This document shows positions 14,301 to 26,300 of a stretch of DNA of 64,000 nucleotides, piece by piece. Positions within the stretch are counted from its first letter, which is position 1. Each line of letters begins with the position of its first letter. Under the pieces are notes generated by a model that was not told the origin of the DNA, ran no database searches, and was given only the letters and a program-made list of their open reading frames with translations. This DNA comes from Botryllus schlosseri (lineage: Eukaryota), in contig CM119371.1 of the NCBI GenBank assembly GCA_051294905.1, positions 31,746,001 through 31,810,000 on the forward strand, given 5' to 3'. The translations under genes and the position numbers were made by a program.

Positions 14301-17300
14301 AATAGTAATTTCCTACTTCGTTAGCAGGAAGACCAGAACTTCGGGGTTTCTTGCATCGAGGGCTGCTCGTGTCGGATTCTTCAGTATGGAGCCGTCTCCG
14401 TGGACCAGGTCTTCCATACTTTATTCTATTTGCGATGAGAACCGGATCGTCTGGATTTTCTACTTTCCGACGTTCGTTAAAAATTTCGTTATCGAGTTTC
14501 TTTTTCCAATCGTGCTAAAATGTTACGGATTTTAGAGAGTGTAGCACAGGGGTGGGCAAACTTTTGATCTTTTACTATGTGTAGAATGTAGATTCTACGC
14601 ATACACACAACGAATCTACCCGAATCGTTTTTTATAAGCACATCACTGAAATAATTAAAAATGAAGTGGTCAATCTGAAATCCCACTGGTGATCCAAATT
14701 ATGTCAATCTCGTTGCAGCAATCCCGCTGTGATATTAAGTATCTACCTTAGATCAGTGGTTCTCAAACTTTTTAAGACACGCCCCCCTCCTTATGATGGT
14801 GAATGATTTCGCGCCCCCTTATCGTCATCTCACAAAACGCATCCACCCAGGATGCTAAAAAACCTAACGGGTAGTTTGATGGCATGGAAGGTTACGACTG
14901 TGGATGAGAGATTTTAAAATATGTAATTGAGACTAAATACAGAGCAATAATTTTTTTCAGTCGAGCTCAGCTTCGCGCCCCCATTCAGATGCTTGCACGC
15001 CCCCACGGGCGTGCCCACCAGTTTGAGAACCACTGTCTTAGAATTATCGTGGTGAAATATACTAAGAAAAATTTAATCAAGTCCCTGCATTAATTCGATT
15101 TTTTTGTGCGCATTTTATCAATATTTAAAAAAGTTTCTTTAGACTCTCGCGGGCCGCACAGAACGGTGTTGCGGGCCGCATGCGGCCCGCGGGCCGTAGT
15201 TTTCCCATCCCTGGTGTAGCACTACCATACTTCAAGCTTCAAAACTCACCCATGCAGGAAGATAATGATCTTCATCTGCCAAGCTTGATCTCAGAACTTT
15301 ATATTCTTGCACTAGAGCTGTACATGCCGGAGTTCTTGTATACGGTGGCCCGTCAAGTCTGAATGAAAAGTGGACGAACGTTACATAGTCAAGAAGCTGA
15401 ATGCACCAAAATTGGGATCGGGTCATCTCCAGTATTTTCATTCAGTATATCGTGAGTACATAGGACTATGGTTGTCACAAAGCGTTAGTCTGTGAATAAG
15501 GAAGTAATAGAACCGACCAGATTGTGTGCAGGGCCCAAAATTATACCCTTTGTGACCCACCCCACACGTTGAAAAACGCTGCACTAGAATATAGATCACT
15601 TTAACAGCCAATACATACCCAAAGTGTTTCGTTAGATCGTGGAACAGATGGTCCACAATTGCTCTTCTTAATCTTGGCCTCAAGTCGCTTTTTGACTCCA
15701 GTTTTTCCACCTCGTTGTGCAGATAAGCAGGAAGTATATCCAAAACATTCAGCATTATATCCCGAAATGTCGACTTTGGTAAAGTGAATTCTTCCCGGCA
15801 TCGCAACGTAAATAAAAAGAAACTGTCTTCAAAACTTTCAATTCTTTTTGCAACTTCTTTCGAAGAGGTATCAGTACCGCTTTCACTTTCATTCATCAAT
15901 TGTCCATCATCATTACCTGCATTCTCAGCAGCAGGCACTTCAAGTTGACTATTGCTGTCTGTCGTTTTTGTTGAATTTTCTAGTACTTCTTTGTGCATTC
16001 GATAAACATGTACCTCATAACTCTTGTACGTACCAAACGTCCGGTTGCAGCAGTCAATTTTGCACAGGAAGTTACTTTCGTTTCGGTGGAACCGCCTCAG
16101 GTGAGATAATAAGGACCTCCTATTGGGAAACGACTCTACACCATCGCAACATTCGGTCGGACACAGCCACAGACTCATCCTAAGTTGCAATAAACGGAGA
16201 AACTAAAACGTAAAAAACCTGCACCACCACAAAACTGGCTGGTTTCGCCATTCGCGTTCGCGCCGAGATGGTCTGATATAATATTGTAAAATCCAAATCC
16301 TGTTAGGAATTCGAGATTAAAATCCAAGTCCAAATCAATAAAAGGTAAATAAAATTATTAATTGCGATTATTTGAAATCGAAATCCAAATCCTTCCTCGT
16401 ATTGATCTCGCGCCTTTTTGATAAACCGCTCAACCAAAACCGGCGGGTTTATTTTGTGCAAACAGGGTGAATTGGGAGTATATATTGAAATATAATGACC
16501 AAAAGGAAGATAATGAAAAATAGTAACATTGGAATTGCATCGTATTTTGTGTCTTGTGCATTTTCTTATTGTCGGATATGATGTCTGGGTGTTTTTGAAC
16601 AACGTTTCAATTCACATATCTTAGGGGCTTGTCAGGGGTGTGTTCGAACTGCGTTAACACTCGGACATCATGTCTGAGGCGTGACTGGAGTAAGTTCGGA
16701 CTGCGTTGTCTATCGAACATCATGGTAGGGATGTGTTCGGACTGCGTTATGACACTCGAGCATCATGTCTGGGACACATTTAGGGCATGTCTGGGGTGTG
16801 TTCGGCCTGTATTGACACTCGGATATCATGTCTGAGGCTTGTCTGGAGATAGGTTCGGACCACGTTGTTAATCACCCATCATGTCAGGGGGTATTTGTAG
16901 CGCGGTGGACACTCGAACATCATGTCTGGGGCATGTCAGCGCATATGTCGACGGGGGGGGGGGTGTTCGAGCTTCGTTGACACTCGGACATCATGACTGA
17001 TGCATGTCTGAAACAGGTTCGGACTGCGTTGTCTATCGAACATCATGTTTGGGATGTGTTTGGACTGCGTTTTTACATTTGAGCATCTTGTCTGGGTCAT
17101 GTCTAGGGCATGTCTGGGGTGTGTTGGGCCTGTATTGACACTCGGACATCATGTCTGAGGCATGTCTGGAGATAGGTTCGGACTGCGTTGTCAATCGAAC
17201 ATCATGTCAGGGGTGTGTTCGAACTGTTGTTGACACTCGAACATCATGTCTGGGACATGTCTGGGGTGTGTTCGAAATGCGTTGACAGTAAGAAATCATG

Positions 17301-20300
17301 TCTGAGGCATGTCTGGAGTAAGTTCGAACTGCGTTTTCGATCGCACATCATGTCTGGGACATGTCTGGGATATGTCGGGGGGTGTGTGCGAACTGTGTTG
17401 ACACTCGGACATCGTGTCTGGGCATGTCTGTGGTGTGTTATGGTGTCTGGGGTGTGTTATCGTGTCTGTGACGAATCTTGAGTGAGTACAGACTGCTATT
17501 TTTGTTCATTCTTCTTGCAGAAAATATAAACAATTTACAAGCACAATTACAAGCATCGACCTATGACAGCTTGTTATATGCTTGCATTTGGCATTTGCAA
17601 GCTCCATCGAGCTTGTATCAAGCATTTATTAGCTCGTTACAAGCTATTTTACAAGAATTATTTTTACAGTGTATGAGGTTGCGCCACTTGGTGTGGTAGA
17701 CAGGGCAGAACCCGCGTTCATTGTCGGCAACTTCAATTTTCTTTATGCCGTCGATGAGCCCTGCTATAAGGAAGGCTCCTGGCTGCCTCGAACGTGGACT
17801 GCTTCTCTTCTTCGTCGATATTCTCGAGAAGGTCGAGGTCTGCACAGTGCACACTCTGATCCTCCACGAAACTGCGTGACTCAGTGAACTTGATAGCCCA
17901 GCACCCTCTGACCAGAGGACCTTCCTTGCCGCGGGTGTCATTGTCCCAGTCCTCAGATGCATGGGCAGTGGGCACCGAGATCGAAGGCGTTCGACCAGGC
18001 GATGGAGCTCGTCCTGATGCTCCACGATCAGATGGCAAAGTCCCTGAATCTTTGTGACGGTGGTGATCAGCTCTGTGGCCATGCGCTCGAGGACGATTAG
18101 TTGGATCCCCTACTGCAGCGGAGGTGCACAGGCCGGACCTTTATCGTTTATAACCCCGAGGAGTTTTCCTGGATCAAGTCCTGTTGCCGTTGGAGGTAGC
18201 CATGCAGTCCCATCATCGTGTGGACGAATGTTATTGTTGTAGAGGTGGCGGTATTCGGCCTGCGTTACAAGGTCCCGCCCGCACCACACTAGCACGATTT
18301 CATACCATGCCGCCTCTTCAACCCTTGTCGTGTCGCCTCTGATCCTTCCAGTGAGTGGAAGTACTTTTAGCGCTTTGGAGACCGCACACACATGCTGTTT
18401 TTGTGTGTGTTTTTGAGTTTCCTGGTTGTTTCAACAGTATTTGCACTGCTCTGACTCGTGCATTTTACTAAAAAACTTGAAAAAACATCATCCAAAAAAA
18501 CCTTATTTTTGGATGTTTTCAAATCTTATTTTTGGAGAATCTCCAAAAATAAAACCCAATATCCAAAAATAAACAGGCCTGATTATGATACATGATTTGT
18601 ATATGACATTTGCAAGGTGCAACTATAGATATAAATATATTGACATATATCTTGTGATTTCACACAAGTTACGATTGTGGAGTTACTCAATATACAATAG
18701 ACGAATCTTGTTTGTAACTGTATTTATGATTGAAGACGGAACTTTTTTTCGAATATGGGGTCAGAAAGCCTCGTGACGCCCCAAAAGTTATCATTGATGT
18801 TGCCGATCTCGAAATTTCATAGCAGTCGGTTATCGCATCGTTCAGTAAGAGCACACATTCTCGTAGGAGTTGACAGTTGACAGTTGACAGTTCGTATTAC
18901 TCAGAACATAAGCTAGGATTTATTTTAAATTTGATTTGACCTCTGGCATCTCCATAGGACATTTACCCTGTACAGCCGCAGTTTGAATGGTATACGGCTG
19001 GTGTACTCAAAGCAAACCGAAGCAATAAACAATTAGCCGTTAAAATAATGATTTTGGAGATGGACTTTTGCGATCTACAAATGCATCTATTTAATGCTAC
19101 TATGTTAACCACCCGGAAAGTAGGGTTACCATGCGTCCTCCTTCTCCCGGGAATTTTAAAATGTCCTCCGTGGGCGCCTAAATGTTATTCTTTTTTCAAT
19201 CCGTCCTCTACAGCTTTTCTAGCTAGGGTAATGGACAGGGTGAACTGGAAATCGGCATAAATGGCGTGAAATGGGTAATGTGGAAGTTTGAGCGGGTCAT
19301 TCGAGAGTCCAATCAGAGTGATGACTTTGTTATGGTCATTAGCACAAGAGCGTCGGGAAAAGTGGTGTTTCGGGAGCCGAGTCAAAGATATGACTTTTTT
19401 CTTTCTTAGTGAGAACCACAGAACTCTCAGTAAATATTTAAAAGTCAGCTGTTTTCAGTTTTGGTGAACTAACTTTTAGGATTTTGTAAAGGTGTCCTCC
19501 TTTCCCGGTTCCAAAATATGGTAACCCAACTGTAACCGAATGTGCAATTGTGCATCTGTAATTTCTTTTCACTGTTTAGATTTGAAGTTATTGTTCTCTA
19601 AATTGGGGATTTTGCTTATAACGTAACAATTCATTTCATCTGGATAACGTTATATTCAGTAGGCTACCACTGACCTGCAATCTGGATTGCCGTTACAGAA
19701 ATACTCGGCTGGAATGCATCCGGAGCCATCCAGACAACCAAACTCATCACTTCCACATGATGTGCCTTGAACAGTTCAGAAACTTAGAGATTTTCTATGG
19801 TAACTAATCAATAATAGATTTACGGTACGCAGTTGGAAATGTTATCAGTAGGGCAAGTTTTTGTAACTTTGGCAACTTTTTTTTACAGCTTCCAGCAGCT
19901 TCCTAAATACTCGTAAGATATGTAGAATGCTGTTTTAAGCTGTTTTAAGGAATCTTATAGTGCAACTTTTTGTGAACTTTTGTCCATTTTTTTCATGCAA
20001 CTCTTTGCAACATTTTCCAACTTTTCGATTTTTCATGAAAGTATTTTCGGTTTTGGTGAAATACACGGCCAAATTCGACTGAAACACCGTAAATCAGCAC
20101 CGAAGTACGGGTATTTCGGAAGCTGAGCCGGTAAATTGACCTTTTTTTTAGTCAACCGAACAAAATGTGCTCTTTTAGTGCAACTTTTGTCAAAAATAAA
20201 TACATAAATGCGGCTTTCCGCGGATTTAACTGCAACGAAAACTTGTCCTAGTTATCAGTATTTCTCCACTATTATGGCATACTCGTGATACCGTATGTAG

Positions 20301-23300
20301 GTTGAATACTTGCAATTTACCATCGCATTACGTTCTGCAGAGCAGTGGTTCTCAATCGCCGGTCCGCGGACCGGTGCCGGTCCGTGACAAGCTTCCTTTC
20401 GGTCCGCCAGAGATATTAGAATTTAATATCTCAACTCCAAAATGCAACAGGTTGGATGCTAGTCCATTGATTAGACAAATAAAAATATAATTTTGAATTT
20501 ATTCAAAAGTGAGGACTGTGATGCATGGCGTCGCAATAGCTAATTCATGGTCTACTTTTAAAGACATTCATCACAATGGTACAATTGTTATAAAAAGTGT
20601 CAGAAAGCAGCCCGTTTCGAACAAGTTCTATATGTGAAAGCTATACGGAGACTGTTAAACAATAAACTTCAATTAAGCAACTCTTGGCAATAGGCTATAA
20701 CGGTGGTTCTCGACCGGTGTGCCGCGGCACACTAGTGTGTCATTTACGTCTCGCAGGTGTGCCGCGAGCGATTTCTTGGGAATTTTGAAATTATGCGCGA
20801 AATAATTCTAGTCTATAGCAAACGATCAATAGCCGCGCGTGAATTGCTTCGTAGCAATGAGCCGAGACGAAGACAACATATATATGCAAGAATTTCGGTG
20901 TTCACACGTAACCAAATGAACTATGGAAATTTCAATATTAAGAGCTACAATATATTTCTGCGTCAGTATGACTGTCATTAATGACGTTCAGTTACCAGTT
21001 TCACAATTATCTCATATAAATTCTTGTCAAATATCGGATCTGGGTTTTTGTAGATTCTTTAACGTACACAACTGGGATTTCTCGAAATAATGGAGTGAGA
21101 TCCCTGATAGTATGTGTCCGAACTAGCGAGAAGTTTAGTATGCCTTATTGTTTCGATAAAAATTTATTTACAAATTCGAATTACAAGCATGGCAATCCAC
21201 ATTGCGATTGTTAGGTATCGTGTCGGCACTTCCGTTAAAATGTAGGCTTGTAGCACCCCGTGTTATTGTCTGCGAATATGAGAGTTGAGAAGAAATGATG
21301 ATCAAATTATATCAGTTAAGAAACCTCTTCGTCGCCGAGGTTATAATCTTGCTTTGTTGGAAATATAATTGAACTGCGGGTGGCTGCCAGTACAACCATT
21401 AAGGTATGGCTATCCTCACGCGTGCTACACGATCTGCGTGGAGATGCAATGTGCAGCCTGGTATAGCCTACACCTCTACGCCTCCGTATATTCGTTAGCG
21501 GCTATTGTGCTTGACCTGTTCGACCCAATGCGGCAGTGGATAGATTTATGGTCAAATAAATCTTATGAAATGGAATCTACGGGCAGCCCGGAGTTTCTGT
21601 GTCGTCGCATTTCAAAATGACCCCTTTTACTTTCGTCGGGAAACGCCCTGTTCGTTGTAATCACAAAGGACGATATCCTGGCACGAAGAAAACGACCGCT
21701 TCATATTACGGCTTAGTAAGCTATACGAGGGATGCTTTACTTCCAAAAGTTTACTTTTAGAAATATTAAAATGGAGAAGTTCATTTCCAAATAAAGGAAG
21801 TACAGACGCATTTTGGATTGACTGCAGAGGTGGTTTCATTAATCGGCGTTACTACTGAGTGATAGTAAGTATTTTGGTAGTCTGCAGGTTCCGTAAGCCA
21901 AAAAAGTTCAAAAACCACTGTGATGGTGTGCCGCGAACTATTTTTCATTTCCAAAGGGTGCCGCGAGGTCAAAAATGTTGAGAACCACTGGACTATAATA
22001 AAGCCTACAGCCAATAGCAAATAAATTCACATTTCCTTCGTAGGAAAACGAATAATCACAATCAAGTCAATGGTCCTAAACAGGACTTCGCCTTGCAGAA
22101 ACTTCAATAGAACCATCGTACAAATATCCAGTAACAAAAAGGCACCATTAAATGGAGTTTTAAATATTACATTCAAGTTGTCGTAATTAAACATTGGGCG
22201 ATTTAGTTTTTAAAGGTTCGCTGGTCCGCTAGATTTTTCCGAAGTTTTACTGGTCCTCGAGGTCAAAAAGGTTGAGAACCACTGCTGTAGATTATACTAC
22301 GAGTACTTTTCGCTCAATAATCCTTGAAAACTGATCGCGCTACTGATGCATCCATGTATCGATAATAATGATGCCATAACAGCGGCGGTTATGATTGCAT
22401 TGACGGCTGCCGCGTATCTAGCCTCTTACACTGACCCATGGTAGTAATCAGTAAAACGACTCCTGGGTTTATACACCTTGATTCTGGTTTTCGAGCATCT
22501 GGGATTGACATTGATACGGAGATTTGTAGTGCAAAAACATAATGAATTATTGAAGCCGCACGCGAATTGTTTCATAGCAATGAGCCGAGACGAAGACAAC
22601 ATATATATAGAGGAATTTCGGTGTTCAAACATAACCAAATGAACTGTGGAAATTTCAATATTGAGAGCTACAATGTATTTCTACGTCTGTATGACTGTCA
22701 TTAATGACTTTCAGTTACCAGTTTCACAATTATCTCATATAAATTCGTGTCAAATATCGGATCTGGGTTTTTGTAGATTCTTTAACGTACACAACTGGGA
22801 TTTTTCAAAATAATGGAGTGAGATCTCGGTTAGTATGTGTCCGAATTAGCGAGAAGTTTAGTAGGCCTAATTGTTTCGATATAAAAACCGCAGAGTCGAG
22901 TAATAACGACATCCTAGCATAGGTGAACACAGTTTGTGGTCATGATGTCTGGATTGCGACAATTCGCGCTTGAATGCGTCGCCGTTTTCTCGCTATAATC
23001 AAGCTATGAGCGGCCCTGATCTCAGTAAAGACGTGAAATTGGCCGGTGTGAACTAGAAGTCGACAATTAAATCTGGCAATATATATTTGAAATACAGATT
23101 TGTCTCACCATCGCAGATGTGTTCTGATCTTGGAATTAGATTCGGTGGTAATACGCATATGTGTCGATATCGGTTAAATCTCTGTATCTGACGACAGTAA
23201 GTATCGCTGCGATTGTACAATGCTGTGAAATTTCTCACTGGCGGCTCGTCCGATCCATCCCTGAAAATTTGAATAGTATATTCATATCAGTGCTGGGATC

Positions 23301-26300
23301 AAGTCACTACCTTCGAGTCACGAGTCATCTCGAGTCATTGCACATTTTTACTCGAGTCAAGTCAAGTCAAGTCAAGTCACAAGTCAAGTAACAATTGAAG
23401 TCAAATTGAATTTTCGAAGTATGAGTGATCATTCAAATTCATTATATTTTATTAGCTCTGTTTAAGATATTAATTAGTCATTTATCTTGAATCAAATACC
23501 GAATATAAAGTTAAATATACATGCAAAAATGCGTGGTATGCTGATAAAATATGTCAGTAACTGAATAGCTATTTCAGGGGTGTCAAACATACGACCCGCC
23601 AAATGATTTCATTCGGCCCGCGAAGAAATTCTGAATATCTGTTGAAATTTGCGTGATTTTATCCAACACATTTTTCGAATTTGTAGTAAGAAATACTACT
23701 AATTAATATTCCTTCAAGATAGCAAATTTTGAGTATGTTCGTAGGCCACATTATAATCACCCGACAGCGGAGTTGTGATTGTGCAAATGCGAAAAAGTGC
23801 ATATATTGAGTTAAGAGTTAGTAATATTTTGGAATCATTTGACTGGTGCGGCCCGCGAGTGATCTTAATATTTAAATACGACCAGCGACGTCAGTTGAGT
23901 TTGACAACTCTCAGCTATGCTACCATAGTGTCCTATATGGTGTCGACACAAGCAAATCTCACGGTTCAATGAAATTGTATCACGTCACAGTTTCCATTTG
24001 GCTACAGGCAATTTGACGGTCATTTTTGACCGGCTTGCCGAGCAATAAATTTGATGAATCGGGTATCAATCGAAAGCTAACTCTGCACTGATTACGAAAA
24101 TAAAATTCTCTGCCCTCATCCGCGTCAGCGGTGTCTTACAAAAGCTCAGAGGTGGGCCGTGCTATAAGTCGGCAGTTACGGAAAATAAGAAAAATATCGG
24201 CCTGGTGTAAATGACCATAGTAGCCGACAAACACCATGAATACCCCAAAAACAAACAAACTCTGCACTGATTACGAAAATAAAATTTTTATTCCACTCAT
24301 GACCTTGGAACCCCAACAATCAGCCCAAAAATATTCACTGTTGAGTAGATTGGCAGTGTGACGCAACAATGCTGTCTGGTGAAACGAGAGAGAAACTCAA
24401 GAGCAAGGATGCGGCCGAGCGGCGAGAGTGGGATCAGCTGACGTCGCGGCAATAGCTATGTGCAATTATAGATAACTATCCTAGCTATACTTAGACGGAA
24501 GGATCTCCATAAGTTGAAGGGTATTGCAGGGAAATTCGTAGGTCCCAAATACATTCTGTGGACCCAGTTCTACCTTTACAAATCAAGGAAAGGCTGGTAA
24601 TGTGTGCTCGCTTTTAGCGAAGTGCCTATAGAGAGTATCAACAGCGCCACGCATCTCTGGAACCCTACGCAACAACCGGGCTAAGGTAATCGATATCATA
24701 ATAATCTGACATATCCAATGTAGACTACTTAGACGTAGCCTACATATCTCTATCAGCTGAAGGATATTGCGCGAAAATTGGTAGGGACCAAATACATTCT
24801 GTGGACCCAGTTCTACCCTTACAAATCAAGGAAAGGCTGGTAATGTGTGCTCGCTTTTAGCGAAGCGCCTATAGAAAGTATCAACAGCGCCACGCGTCTC
24901 TGGAGCCCTACGCAACTAGCGGGCTAAGGCAATCGATATCATAATAATGTGACATATCCAATGTAGACAATTTAGACGTAGGCTAAATATCTCTATCAGT
25001 TGAAGGATAATGCGCGAAAACTGGTAGGGCCCTAATACATTCTGTGGACCCAGTTCTACCCTTAAAAGTCAAGGAAAGGCTGATAAGGCGTGCTCGCTTG
25101 TACCGAAGCAAATAGAAAAAGTATCAACAGAGCAGCGTTTCTCTGCGACGCGATTGCACATAGCTATTGCCGCGACGTCAGCTGATCCCACTCTCGCCGC
25201 TCGGCCGCATCCTTGCTCTTGCGTTTCTCTCTCGTTTCGCCTGACAGCATTGCTGCGTCACACTGTCAATCTACTCAACAATGAATAATTTGGGGCTGAT
25301 TGTGGGGGTTCCAGGGCCATGAGTGGAATAAAATTTATATTTTCGTAATCAGTGCAGAGTCAGCTTTTGATTGATACCCGATTCATCAAATTTATTGCTC
25401 GGCAAGCCGGTCAAAGATAACCGTCAAATTGCCTGTAGCCAAATGGAAATTGTGACGTGATACAATTTCATTCAACCGTGAGATTTGCTTGTGTCGACAC
25501 CATATAAGACACTATGATGCTACATTCTCCTATTATCAGTCAAAATCGAGGATCGAATACGAAGCCCCGCGAAGATGAAAGAAATTGATATCGTACAATA
25601 CACTAGCTATCTATACACATCGGTGAGGATATAAATGCATAAAATATATTTGTTCGATTTAAATCATACAAGAGGGTTGGTAAAGGTGAGCACCGTACAA
25701 TGTAAGGACAGAGCCGTCCAATAAACAGCGATGCGTTGCTATTAAATCAATCTGCTACTACGACAACGCAAGCTGTGATCATTTCGTTTGCGATCAGTGT
25801 ATTTGTGATGGAACAATGTAGGATCAGTGAAACGTACAACCATTTAATGACTGGTTGCTCTCACAAGTTACAACGGCGTCTCGTGAATAATCCGAACATG
25901 CACAAAATACATTGATTTAGTCGACACTGTTTACTTGATGACTTGAAATTGACTCGTAAATTTTGCTCCGAGTCACGAGCCAATCCACATTTTTGAAGCG
26001 CCGAGTCAAGTCAAGTCAAGTCATTTTTGCAAAGTGACTCGAGTCAAGTCAAGTCATTCAAAAAAGTTGTCTCAAGTCATTCCAATACTGATTCATATTG
26101 AAATAAACCCGAATATTTTCGGCTGACACTCGTTAGGGGTAATCTTGAGCAACTAGTAGAAAATTAGAAAGAACATTTTATATGAACCGAACAATCTTAT
26201 CACAAAATATGACGTCGCCAGCATGAAATTTAAAACGAGAAAGCGATCATTGCAATATTTTCAGGTGGTACACGAAATCCTTTTGGTGACAGAGTTTGGG

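Larger units (their letters stand above)
11781..17671 (-). mobile_element. CACTA/EnSpm(CMC)-like DNA transposon lacking a DDE core
   Basis: 24-bp TIRs CACTGTAAAAAT(T/A)ATTCTTGTAAA, TA on both flanks, subterminal ACAAGC/CTTGT motifs and an internal tandem-repeat block. Confidence 0.85.
11187..18581 (-). mobile_element. Degenerate, internally deleted hAT-type DNA transposon interrupted by an EnSpm-like element
   Basis: 21-bp TIR CAGGCCTGTTTATTTTTGGAT; perfect 8-bp TSD ATTATGAT (11179-11186, 18582-18589); subterminal TTTTTGGA repeats; transposase remnants on the minus strand. Confidence 0.88.

Noticed and set aside
16629..17481. ORFs and a CRISPR-like appearance in the repeat block
   Set aside because: The intervening sequences are themselves repeats, there are no cas genes, the context is eukaryotic, and the ORFs are by-products of the repeat.
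17618..18391. ORFs of 154, 101 and 93 aa as independent genes
   Set aside because: They are frameshifted pieces of one decayed transposase, and the longest reads into the EnSpm-like TIR.
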